From: a virus
Strand: one strand, 5' to 3'
IMG/VR virus record: IMGVR_UViG_3300025326_000238
Span: 1-20,769 of that record
Length of the DNA: 20,769 nucleotides
The translations under genes were made by a program, and so were the position numbers. This document shows, piece after piece, positions 8,326 through 14,889 of this stretch (within the stretch, counting starts at the first letter, position 1; the number at the start of each line of letters is the position of its first letter). The notes below the pieces were generated by a model. It did not search any database, was not told the origin of the DNA, and saw only the letters and a program-made list of their open reading frames with translations.

Positions 8326-9728
8326 GAGTCCCTCTCGAATACATCAAGTGCAGAATTCGGCGTCAGATTGATTATTCGCCGTCCGTCTGCCTCGAATGCC
8401 CCTCTCGCCATCTGATACGCCTCTGCGCTTTTCTCCAGATCCGGCGCGTGCCACTTCGTCCCATCGGAGAAGTAGGACTCATCCGCATGATTCTTGTCAG
8501 GCCCTTGCGCAACAAGCTCCTGATTTGGATTTCCCTCAAACGAATACCGATGGTCAACCCCTACCAAGAGAATCATAGAGAAGCCCATCCAGTAAGCAAT
8601 TTGAAGACAGACGAACGTAACCGTGTGCCCCTCGTAAAGTCCTAATGTGGGATCGGGGAAGAACTTCCTATCCGCTAAGGACTGGATGGGGACTACCGCG
8701 GGTTGTTCCTTGATCGGATTCCCTCTTAAGTAATTCGCCGCCAGGAAGAACCTCCGCACCCTCCCCTTGTACTTCTGGATCATCCCAGCCCCGAATTGAT
8801 TTAGGACAAGGGGATTCACCGAACAGTAATAGGTTGGATAAAAGCCTTCCAAGTGCCTGATGGCATAGATGCGGTTAGTCCCGAATGAGGAATGCTTTTG
8901 AAGGAACTCAACCGGGATCTCCTTGAGAGAAGGTCCGTTGCCAATGACGATGCAAGTCTCTCCCTTATGGGAATCCTTCAGTTCGGCCCACTTTGAATTG
9001 TCCTCTTGGAACCACGGCTCCGGATTCATACGTGCTTTCTCGTCTGGGATCAATAGATTCTGTCTCATCAGCCAGGGCTTCTCGTCAATCCAGAGAATGT
9101 CCTGATGAGGGGGAACGATCCTCATATCACAATAGAGTTTGATCCCCGCAGCTCTACAGATTTCAGAGAAGTACCAATCCTCTCCCAAGAAGGTATCCGA
9201 AGAATCCTCGTACTTCATTCGGAACCAGGGATAGTGAAAGCCCTTCTCCTCCAGTTCCATGAACACCTTACGCCGAATGCAGATTGCTGCGGACCCAATG
9301 ATGTCCACTTCCAAGAGACCGGGCTTCCATTCGACGGGTTGTTTGAGATCCTCCCCATCTAAGACATACGCCTGGGGATCGTAGGGTTCTCCCCTCCTGA
9401 ATGCCAAAGCACCCACCACTGGCATATCATCTTCAATCAACCGTAAGACAACATCATGAGGCTGTAAGTGGTCTGTATCTAACATGATGAGGGCAGATTC
9501 AGGATCAGTAGTGATGTCCATGAACTTCTTGGCTATTCGGTTTCTGGAAACATCAACCCGCGCGTATGGGTGTCTGATTCGCCTGACGCCATGCAGTGCG
9601 CAGAATGCTGCCACATCCTCCCGCGCATCAGTAGCCTCAGCGGAAATAGACCGTTCATTGAGAACGGCATACCAATGCTGAGGCTTGTTCTCTAACTTCC
9701 GATGTGATCTGCGGGTTCGTTTACTCAC
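8304..9728 (-). CDS. Two-domain glycosyltransferase: N-terminal GT-A (GT2-like) plus C-terminal DUF115/Maf/CstII-like domain
   Basis: N-domain: VDVSRN, LIMLDTD, PVVGAL, IIGSAAICIRRKVF, GEDWYF. C-domain: CIVIGNGPSLKEI, FGTNRIY, AYWMGFSMILLVGVDH. Confidence 0.8.
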   Translation of the reverse strand: MSKRTRRSHRKLENKPQHWYAVLNERSISAEATDAREDVAAFCALHGVRRIRHPYARVDVSRNRIAKKFMDITTDPESALIMLDTDHLQPHDVVLRLIEDDMPVVGALAFRRGEPYDPQAYVLDGEDLKQPVEWKPGLLEVDIIGSAAICIRRKVFMELEEKGFHYPWFRMKYEDSSDTFLGEDWYFSEICRAAGIKLYCDMRIVPPHQDILWIDEKPWLMRQNLLIPDEKARMNPEPWFQEDNSKWAELKDSHKGETCIVIGNGPSLKEIPVEFLQKHSSFGTNRIYAIRHLEGFYPTYYCSVNPLVLNQFGAGMIQKYKGRVRRFFLAANYLRGNPIKEQPAVVPIQSLADRKFFPDPTLGLYEGHTVTFVCLQIAYWMGFSMILLVGVDHRYSFEGNPNQELVAQGPDKNHADESYFSDGTKWHAPDLEKSAEAYQMARGAFEADGRRIINLTPNSALDVFERDSWTNWGK

Positions 9729-9780
9729 ATCTCGGCCCCGGAAGAATCCAAGCTAGAAATCGAAGCAACCATTCCTTCAT
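9721..9780 (-). CDS. Possible 19-aa hydrophobic micropeptide (MKEWLLRFLAWILPGPRCE)
   Basis: Hand translation. ATGA overlap with the upstream micro-ORF; its stop overlaps the GTG start at 9728. Confidence 0.3.
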   Translation of the reverse strand: MKEWLLRFLAWILPGPRCE

Positions 9781-9878
9781 GGCCCACTACTCAAAGAACG
9801 ATACGCCACATAGATCGTCCCGGCAAAGAAGATAGCCCATGCTAACCATAGAATAAACGCGCTAACTTTTTGCTTCAC
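9777..9878 (-). CDS. Possible 33-aa single-TM micropeptide (MKQKVSAFILWLAWAIFFAGTIYVAYRSLSSGP)
   Basis: Hand translation from a GTG inside the RHH 3' end. Basic N-terminus plus a hydrophobic run of about 20 aa. Weak RBS. Confidence 0.4.
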   Translation of the reverse strand: MKQKVSAFILWLAWAIFFAGTIYVAYRSLSSGP

Positions 9879-10023
9879 GCTTGCTCAGTTTGAGATAGGC
9901 TTCCTTGATGAGCTGCCGTAGTACCGCAGACATAGAACGGTCCTGGTCCTTGGCTAGCTCAAGAAGCATTCGGCGGTCTTCGGGGTCGGTTTGGAACGTG
10001 GTGAGCTTCAGTTCGGCTTCCAT
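9862..10023 (-). CDS. Ribbon-helix-helix (CopG/Arc-like) DNA-binding regulator (53 aa)
   Basis: TTFQTD beta-strand followed by LLELAKDQDRSMSAVLRQLI helix pair. The ATG at 10023 is preferred because the track start (10044) lies upstream of the -10 box, within the promoter. Confidence 0.7.
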   Translation of the reverse strand: MEAELKLTTFQTDPEDRRMLLELAKDQDRSMSAVLRQLIKEAYLKLSKREAKS

Positions 10024-10032
10024 CCTAGAGGG

Positions 10033-10060
10033 ATTATAGACCAATTACTTGACTTGTCAA
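10033..10060 (-). promoter_or_regulatory. Leftward sigma70-type promoter
   Basis: Minus strand TTGACA, 16 nt, TATAAT (both hexamers consensus). Confidence 0.75.
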
Positions 10061-10077
10061 GGGTTTGGGTGTACGAT
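10049..10077 (+). promoter_or_regulatory. Rightward sigma70-type promoter
   Basis: TTGACT, 17 nt, TACGAT. Its -35 abuts the leftward -35. Confidence 0.7.
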
Positions 10078-10108
10078 AGTGTACAGTAGACACTGAGAGG
10101 AGAACACC

Positions 10109-10288
10109 ATGAACCCACGAATTGAGTACCAAGGCTACACCATTGTCGTACACTCTCCAGAGCCTCATTGGTACATGGCTGAGATCCTGCGCAACGACAA
10201 GTCCCTTGGAATGACACGCCCCTACTACACCGTAGACGCCGCAAGGGGTGATGCCCTAATCGTGATCGCCAAGTTGAACAGGAAGTAG
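10109..10288 (+). CDS. Hypothetical protein (59 aa, MNPRIEYQGYTIVV...AKLNRK), first rightward gene, below the track cutoff
   Basis: Hand translation. GAGGAG RBS; TAG at 10286-10288. Confidence 0.7.
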   Translation: MNPRIEYQGYTIVVHSPEPHWYMAEILRNDKSLGMTRPYYTVDAARGDALIVIAKLNRK

Positions 10289-10342
10289 CTCGGCCCTCCC
10301 GCCTGCTTCCAAACTCTTTGGAGGCAGGAAGGCTAGACCGAG
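10289..10342 (+). other. Intergenic stem-loop
   Basis: CCTGCTTCCAAA (10302-10313) pairs with TTTGGAGGCAGG (10317-10328), one G-U pair. CTCGG/CCGAG closes it. No U-tract. Confidence 0.55.
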
Positions 10343-10351
10343 GAGAACCCA

Positions 10352-10402
10352 ATGTCTCAGCATACAGCAGGACCAATTGAACTGAGTGATGGCACGTCCT
10401 AA
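10352..10402 (+). CDS. 16-aa mini-ORF (MSQHTAGPIELSDGTS), possibly a truncated gene
   Basis: Strong GAGGAG RBS. The start resembles the common phage N-terminus MSKHTPGP. Confidence 0.3.
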   Translation: MSQHTAGPIELSDGTS

Positions 10403-10443
10403 TTGCAGCTTGAACCAAGCTTCGCCCTACCAAGGAGACTGAC

Positions 10444-10878
10444 ATGAAACCCCTAGATTTCGCCTATGATGACGGAGGACGCCAAGAAGCTGGATATATC
10501 GGCTATACGGGCGATTGTGCCTGCCGAGCTGTGGCTATTGCCTTGCAACGTCCCTACCAAGAGATCTACCGAGAACTGTCCTCATATGCTCAACTCGAAC
10601 GGCCGCGCGGGCGGGGTCGTCGATCACATGCTAGAACTGGCTACCACGCTCGAACGCTGCGCAAATACCTCGCTGACCACGGGTGGAATTGGCATCCCAC
10701 AATGCAGGTAGGTCAAGGCTGTCAGACTCATCTCCGCGCTAATGAATTACCAAGAGGCCGTCTCATCACACAGGTGAGTAAACACTACGTCGCAGTCATT
10801 GACGGCACGATGCACGATATATCAGATCCCAGCCGCAATGGTACACGCTGTGTATACGGCTATTGGAGTCAATCATGA
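10444..10878 (+). CDS. Phage protein with a putative Cys-His-Asp (papain-like) triad
   Basis: AAGGAG RBS; motifs GDCACRAVAIA, SKHYVAVIDG, HD and CVYGYW. Confidence 0.7.
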   Translation: MKPLDFAYDDGGRQEAGYIGYTGDCACRAVAIALQRPYQEIYRELSSYAQLERPRGRGRRSHARTGYHARTLRKYLADHGWNWHPTMQVGQGCQTHLRANELPRGRLITQVSKHYVAVIDGTMHDISDPSRNGTRCVYGYWSQS

Positions 10879-11078
10879 AACCCCTTGATGAACGTCTCAG
10901 GAATCTCAAACTCATCCGCCCTCCAGCTCTCTATACCTTCTTGGAGCAGTGCGCGGACCAAGCTACCTCCTTGCAGATCCAGGTCCGTTGTCTCCAGAAG
11001 GCCAATGCAGAGCTTGTGGATCAACTCAACTCACTCTATTGGGTCCGAGAAAGAGAGCACATGGATGTCCCCTTCTAG
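10875..11078 (+). CDS. Hypothetical protein (67 aa, coiled-coil)
   Basis: ATGA overlap with the previous gene; GGAG RBS. Confidence 0.65.
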   Translation: MKPLDERLRNLKLIRPPALYTFLEQCADQATSLQIQVRCLQKANAELVDQLNSLYWVREREHMDVPF

Positions 11079-11145
11079 ATCAACCCTCGTCATCGTGGTT
11101 CTCTGGGCCCTGTTCATCATCTTTGGGATATTGGAGGCGCAATGA
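11065..11145 (+). CDS. Possible 26-aa membrane micropeptide (MSPSRSTLVIVVLWALFIIFGILEAQ)
   Basis: Hydrophobic run; fills the gap; ATGA overlap with the next gene. Confidence 0.4.
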   Translation: MSPSRSTLVIVVLWALFIIFGILEAQ

Positions 11146-11372
11146 CCCCCGACGTTCCGCACCAGTGGATTCTCGATAAGCTGACCGCCCTTTGCCTCAT
11201 GGGTGAAATGGATAAAGAGGAAGTAGACAGAATCTATGCCCTGTTTGTCCAGCGCTTCCCAGATGAAGTGGCACACATGAAGCTGGAACTAGCAATCCTT
11301 CGTGGATACTCGCCTTTCATGGACCTCGAACAGCAAGGGGATAACTACATCACGGAGTCAGCACGTGAGTAG
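11142..11372 (+). CDS. Hypothetical protein (76 aa)
   Basis: GGAGG RBS; coupled to its neighbours. Confidence 0.65.
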   Translation: MTPDVPHQWILDKLTALCLMGEMDKEEVDRIYALFVQRFPDEVAHMKLELAILRGYSPFMDLEQQGDNYITESARE

Positions 11373-11583
11373 CTTCACCGCCAAGTTCCCCGGTAGGTGC
11401 GGTATCTGCCGTATGCGTATCCGCAAAGGAGATGAAGTCGTTTGGATCCCACCTACCAACATCGAACTTCCTGATCCCTACGACTACGAGAAGCAACAGG
11501 GAGGCGGGAAGAAACTCATGACTACCAAACTCGTGCACGCATCCTGTCAGCGCATCATGGAAGGAAAGGAAGCAGATGAGTGA
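11365..11583 (+). CDS. Small Zn-binding protein (72 aa; CxxC...HxxC)
   Basis: GTG start after GGAG; AKFPGRCGICRMRIRKGDEV...HASC. Confidence 0.65.
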   Translation: MSSFTAKFPGRCGICRMRIRKGDEVVWIPPTNIELPDPYDYEKQQGGGKKLMTTKLVHASCQRIMEGKEADE

Positions 11584-11827
11584 CCCGTGGAAGATGACAA
11601 GGCTGCTTTTTGATGATTTGCGGGCTCCTGTTGTCGTTCGTGATGATCCCGTTCGTGCGGCCAAACACCTCCGAGAATTGTTGGCCGACGCCGATGCGCT
11701 GCTGGCCCTAGTCATTCCAGCCCAGGAAGCCTTTGACTACTTCGAGGCCGACTATGACCAGCCCGAATGGTTTATGGCCCTTGAACGAGCATTGTCGCAT
11801 CTATCCCCGCATCTGAAAGGCGAATGA
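11576..11827 (+). CDS. Hypothetical protein (83 aa)
   Basis: Overlaps the previous stop; purine-rich RBS. Confidence 0.65.
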   Translation: MSDPWKMTRLLFDDLRAPVVVRDDPVRAAKHLRELLADADALLALVIPAQEAFDYFEADYDQPEWFMALERALSHLSPHLKGE

Positions 11828-11828
11828 C

Positions 11829-12737
11829 ATGAACGAGGAATCTACCGACATCGTAGCTGTCCCCAATCAGGTTCAGTTAGGGACGATCCAGATGCGGCCC
11901 GAAGAAGTGATCGAACGGGCCTCTCAGATCGCCACGCAACTAGCCAAGATTATCAAGGATCGGCAGCTCTCAACTCGCATTCGGGACAAGGATCACGTCC
12001 GAGTGGAGGGCTGGACTACCCTGGGGGCCGTCCTGGGCGTCATCCCAAGAGAGCGGCAGACCACGAGGACCGAACAGGGATTCGAATCCTACGTTGAATT
12101 GATCCGTACCTCGGATGGTCTTGTAGTCGGAGGCGCTTCCGCTATCTGCTCTTGGGCCGAACCAAGATGGTCCAAGGCCGATGACTACGCGGTCAGGTCA
12201 ATGGCTATCACCAGAGCTACAGGGAAAGCCTACAGGCTGGGCTTCTCTTGGATCATGGTCCTAGCTGGTTACTCACCTACTCCAGCCGAGGAGATGGATC
12301 AGGTCATCGAAGGAGTGGTGAAAGAGACCAGCCCAAAAGCCAGTACGTCTCAGTCGTCAGCGGAAGCGGCCCAGCTTGGCAGAACCACGAAGCCGATGGA
12401 AACTGGTACGCCGAAAGCAGAGCCGACATCGCTGACTGGTACTAGGCAGAAGAACCAATGGCCTGATGCCCAGAAGATTCTCAAAACCCTAATGCAAGAT
12501 GGCCTGATCGACTCAGTTGAACACGCCGTGGGCATCCTGAACCACTCCGTGTTCATGAACGTGGCTGAGGGGAAGCTGGAGCTGTACGACATCGCCGTCT
12601 ATCTCTGCGGATGGCAGAGCCTACCCGAAAATCTCAGCACAAACGACAAGGCCGAACTCACCAATGAGAAGTACCTAGCCGGTGCCCCGAAAGAGTGGGA
12701 AGACGCCGCCAAGCATATCCTGGGGATGAAACTATGA
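11829..12737 (+). CDS. Putative ssDNA-annealing/recombination protein (302 aa)
   Basis: Early-region position. N-domain has HVRVEGWTTLG, SMAITRATGKAYR and TPAEEM (compare the RecT/Redbeta-type ...EEM end), then a low-complexity linker and a helical C-domain. Function is inferred. Confidence 0.5.
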   Translation: MNEESTDIVAVPNQVQLGTIQMRPEEVIERASQIATQLAKIIKDRQLSTRIRDKDHVRVEGWTTLGAVLGVIPRERQTTRTEQGFESYVELIRTSDGLVVGGASAICSWAEPRWSKADDYAVRSMAITRATGKAYRLGFSWIMVLAGYSPTPAEEMDQVIEGVVKETSPKASTSQSSAEAAQLGRTTKPMETGTPKAEPTSLTGTRQKNQWPDAQKILKTLMQDGLIDSVEHAVGILNHSVFMNVAEGKLELYDIAVYLCGWQSLPENLSTNDKAELTNEKYLAGAPKEWEDAAKHILGMKL

Positions 12738-13066
12738 GTGACGCACTCTTCGCCATCGGACTGACCGAAGCAAAAGCGGCGGCTGAGAAAGAGACGACGC
12801 TTCAGGCTCAGATGGATGCCGCAATGAAACTGATGCAACATCACTGGATGATCTTGGACGAGGACTTGCAGTTCCGTTGCGCGGTTGGCGCACTGCTCAT
12901 GATTGTGGATGAACAGACACAAGAGACGATCAAAGAGGAAATGGCGTCCCTCAAAGCACTATCGGCCTTGATGTCTGGAATCCCAGTAGACATGGAGCGT
13001 GTCACCGTTCCACAGAACCCATTGGGACTCATGAAACGATGGAAAGAGCTCAAGGTTCAGCCATGA
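12734..13066 (+). CDS. Hypothetical protein (110 aa)
   Basis: ATGA overlaps at both ends. Confidence 0.65.
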   Translation: MSDALFAIGLTEAKAAAEKETTLQAQMDAAMKLMQHHWMILDEDLQFRCAVGALLMIVDEQTQETIKEEMASLKALSALMSGIPVDMERVTVPQNPLGLMKRWKELKVQP

Positions 13067-13260
13067 CCACCAATGGCAGGAAGCGCCGCCTCGGAATGTC
13101 CCCCGAAGGACGGAGGATTCTACAGATGCGGAATGAAGCCATCTGGAAAGGATGGTCTGAGGGAGGCAAGTCATTCGGGACGCTGGCTTTGGAATTCCAA
13201 TTGGCGAGGTCCACGATCCAAAAGATCGTGGAACAGCAACGCAAGGGAAAGGAGCAGTGA
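13063..13260 (+). CDS. Small HTH DNA-binding protein (Mor-like C-terminal HTH), 65 aa
   Basis: RNEAIW...LALEFQLARSTIQKIV pattern. Confidence 0.6.
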   Translation: MTTNGRKRRLGMSPEGRRILQMRNEAIWKGWSEGGKSFGTLALEFQLARSTIQKIVEQQRKGKEQ

Positions 13261-13261
13261 G

Positions 13262-13450
13262 ATGGACATTTACAGAGTGAAATGCAGCAATACACAGATA
13301 CTCGGAGAACGACGGGAGTACATTGTTCTCGCCAAGACTCTAGGCGATGCTGAGGTCAAGGCAGTCGCCAAGATGAAGCAAGAGTTGAAGGGCGAGCGGG
13401 GCGTGAATTACGCATACGAAGCTGCCCTTCTTGGCCCCTTGACGAAATAG
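13262..13450 (+). CDS. Hypothetical protein (62 aa)
   Basis: ATG 1 nt after the previous stop, GGAG upstream. The 5' part of the 125-aa track ORF is probably non-coding extension. Confidence 0.6.
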   Translation: MDIYRVKCSNTQILGERREYIVLAKTLGDAEVKAVAKMKQELKGERGVNYAYEAALLGPLTK

Positions 13451-13490
13451 CATCTAGACTCGTCCATGTCGTCTAACGCTGGACCGGCCT

Positions 13491-13540
13491 CTGGCCCCGG
13501 TGCAACCTCCAAGGTTGTTCCCCTCTCAACCGGGGCCCAG
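13491..13540 (+). other. Intergenic nested stem-loop
   Basis: GGCCCCGGT (13493-13501) pairs with ACCGGGGCC (13529-13537) and encloses CAACCT-CCA-AGGTTG (13503-13517). Confidence 0.55.
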
Positions 13541-13558
13541 GAATCATAGGAGGACATC

Positions 13559-13918
13559 ATGGGATACATGCGACACCACACTATCATCGTTAGTAGTTGG
13601 GATGCCGAGGCTATTGAGTTGGCACACAAACAGGCCAAGGAAACACTGACCAAACTTGTCTCGCCCATCATGGGACCATTCACGAATGGCTATGCTTCAT
13701 TCTTCGTGGCCCCCGATGGCAGCAAGGAAGGCTGGGAGACATCGGATACCCACGATCTGCAACGGGCTGTATTTACTGAGTGGCTCAACACACAGCGATA
13801 TGAAGATCGTTCATCATGCTTTGCTTGGGTAGAGGTTCAATTCGGCGATGACGAATTGGAAACCCGCATCGTCAATGACAACGATGCACTTATTCGTGAT
13901 CGAGGTCTCAAAGAATGA
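13559..13918 (+). CDS. Hypothetical phage protein (119 aa)
   Basis: GGAGG RBS; motifs MGYMRHHTIIV and FFVAPDGSKEGW. Confidence 0.75.
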   Translation: MGYMRHHTIIVSSWDAEAIELAHKQAKETLTKLVSPIMGPFTNGYASFFVAPDGSKEGWETSDTHDLQRAVFTEWLNTQRYEDRSSCFAWVEVQFGDDELETRIVNDNDALIRDRGLKE

Positions 13919-14097
13919 CCCTCTGGCACATCATCCGCTTCACCACCATACGCCACCTGTGGCTTGTCATTCTCACATGCAATCCAGCCAATAAGCAGAG
14001 CTTGTGGACTGAGAGATGGGTGGCAGTCAAACAACGGAATGCAGTAGCATGGGATCCCAATGAGTTGCATCGCTTCTTGAAGGGAGAATTGCAATGA
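13915..14097 (+). CDS. Hypothetical protein (60 aa)
   Basis: ATGA overlaps at both ends. Confidence 0.5.
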   Translation: MTLWHIIRFTTIRHLWLVILTCNPANKQSLWTERWVAVKQRNAVAWDPNELHRFLKGELQ

Positions 14098-14708
14098 GGG
14101 AGTACGAGAAGATACAGTCTATCTACAAACGGGACGACAAGACTCACCGTTTCATAGATGAGCAATGGTCTACGCCTGAGATCGCCTATCTTGCTGAATG
14201 CGAATGGGAGTGGACCGAAAAAGTGGACGGGACGAATATCCGTGTTGGTTGGAATGGGGCTATCGTTGAGTTGGGAGGGAGAACGGCGGCTGCACAGATA
14301 CAAGCCAGCCTGATAGCACGATTGCAAGAGTTGTTTCCCTCAACTATCTTCGCCGCCTATCCAGCTGGCATCGTTCTATATGGCGAGGGGTACGGCGCAA
14401 AAGTCCAGAAAGGCGGAGAGAACTACAAGGCCAATGGCGTTGACTTTGTTCTGTTTGATGTGCTGGTCGGAGACTGGTGGCTTTTGCATGAGGATGTGGA
14501 GGATGTAGCCCGTCAACTGGGGATTGCTACGGTGCCCGTCATCGGAAGGGGACCTATCTCCCAAGCCGTTGATATTGTGAGGGGCGGATTTCCATCGAAG
14601 TGGGGAGCATTCCCAGCAGAGGGATTGGTATTACGCACCCCCGTTGGACTTTGCGGTAGGAACGGCCATCGTGTCCTTGCGAAACTAAAGACAAAAGACT
14701 GGGCTTGA
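14094..14708 (+). CDS. RNA ligase, Rnl2-type nucleotidyltransferase domain
   Basis: Motif I TEKVDGTN, III LYGEGYG, IIIa FVLFDV, IV EGLVLR, V AKLK. Confidence 0.85.
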   Translation: MREYEKIQSIYKRDDKTHRFIDEQWSTPEIAYLAECEWEWTEKVDGTNIRVGWNGAIVELGGRTAAAQIQASLIARLQELFPSTIFAAYPAGIVLYGEGYGAKVQKGGENYKANGVDFVLFDVLVGDWWLLHEDVEDVARQLGIATVPVIGRGPISQAVDIVRGGFPSKWGAFPAEGLVLRTPVGLCGRNGHRVLAKLKTKDWA

Positions 14709-14730
14709 CACACAAGCAGGATGAGGCCAC

Positions 14731-14759
14731 TTGACAGGCTGGCAGGATAAGATGATAAT
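14731..14759 (+). promoter_or_regulatory. Sigma70-type promoter upstream of the replication gene
   Basis: TTGACA, 17 nt, GATAAT. Confidence 0.75.
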
Positions 14760-14774
14760 GAGTGCACAATATAA

Positions 14775-14888
14775 GGCCCCGCCGTGGGCCAAAGGCCAGG
14801 GATGAACCGCCTCCTGGGCGGTTCGCAGTTTTCCCTAAACCCTGGCCGGGAATACGGCGAACTGCGGGCCGACCAAGAGGCGGTTTTT
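14775..14888 (+). promoter_or_regulatory. Structured 5' leader with two alternative folds (attenuator or RBS-sequestering switch)
   Basis: A 26-nt inverted repeat (14805-14830 with 14860-14885) competes with the stems 14794-14801/14840-14847 and 14804-14811/14817-14824. Confidence 0.65.
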
Positions 14889-14889
14889 C

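Noticed and set aside
56-9681. Plus-strand ORFs in the left arm (e.g. 436-903, 1156-1473, 3300-3659, 7046-7333) and short alternative-frame minus ORFs such as 4457-4666
   Set aside because: They are shadows of well-supported minus-strand genes, with no motifs or RBS.
4275-9728. Reading the cluster as a TET/5hmC or deazaguanine DNA hypermodification system
   Set aside because: No C5-MTase, dioxygenase, hydroxymethylase or Dpd/Que genes are present in the window. Not excluded if they lie elsewhere in the genome.
10302-10328. Hairpin as an intrinsic terminator
   Set aside because: No U-tract on either strand; kept only as a structural element.
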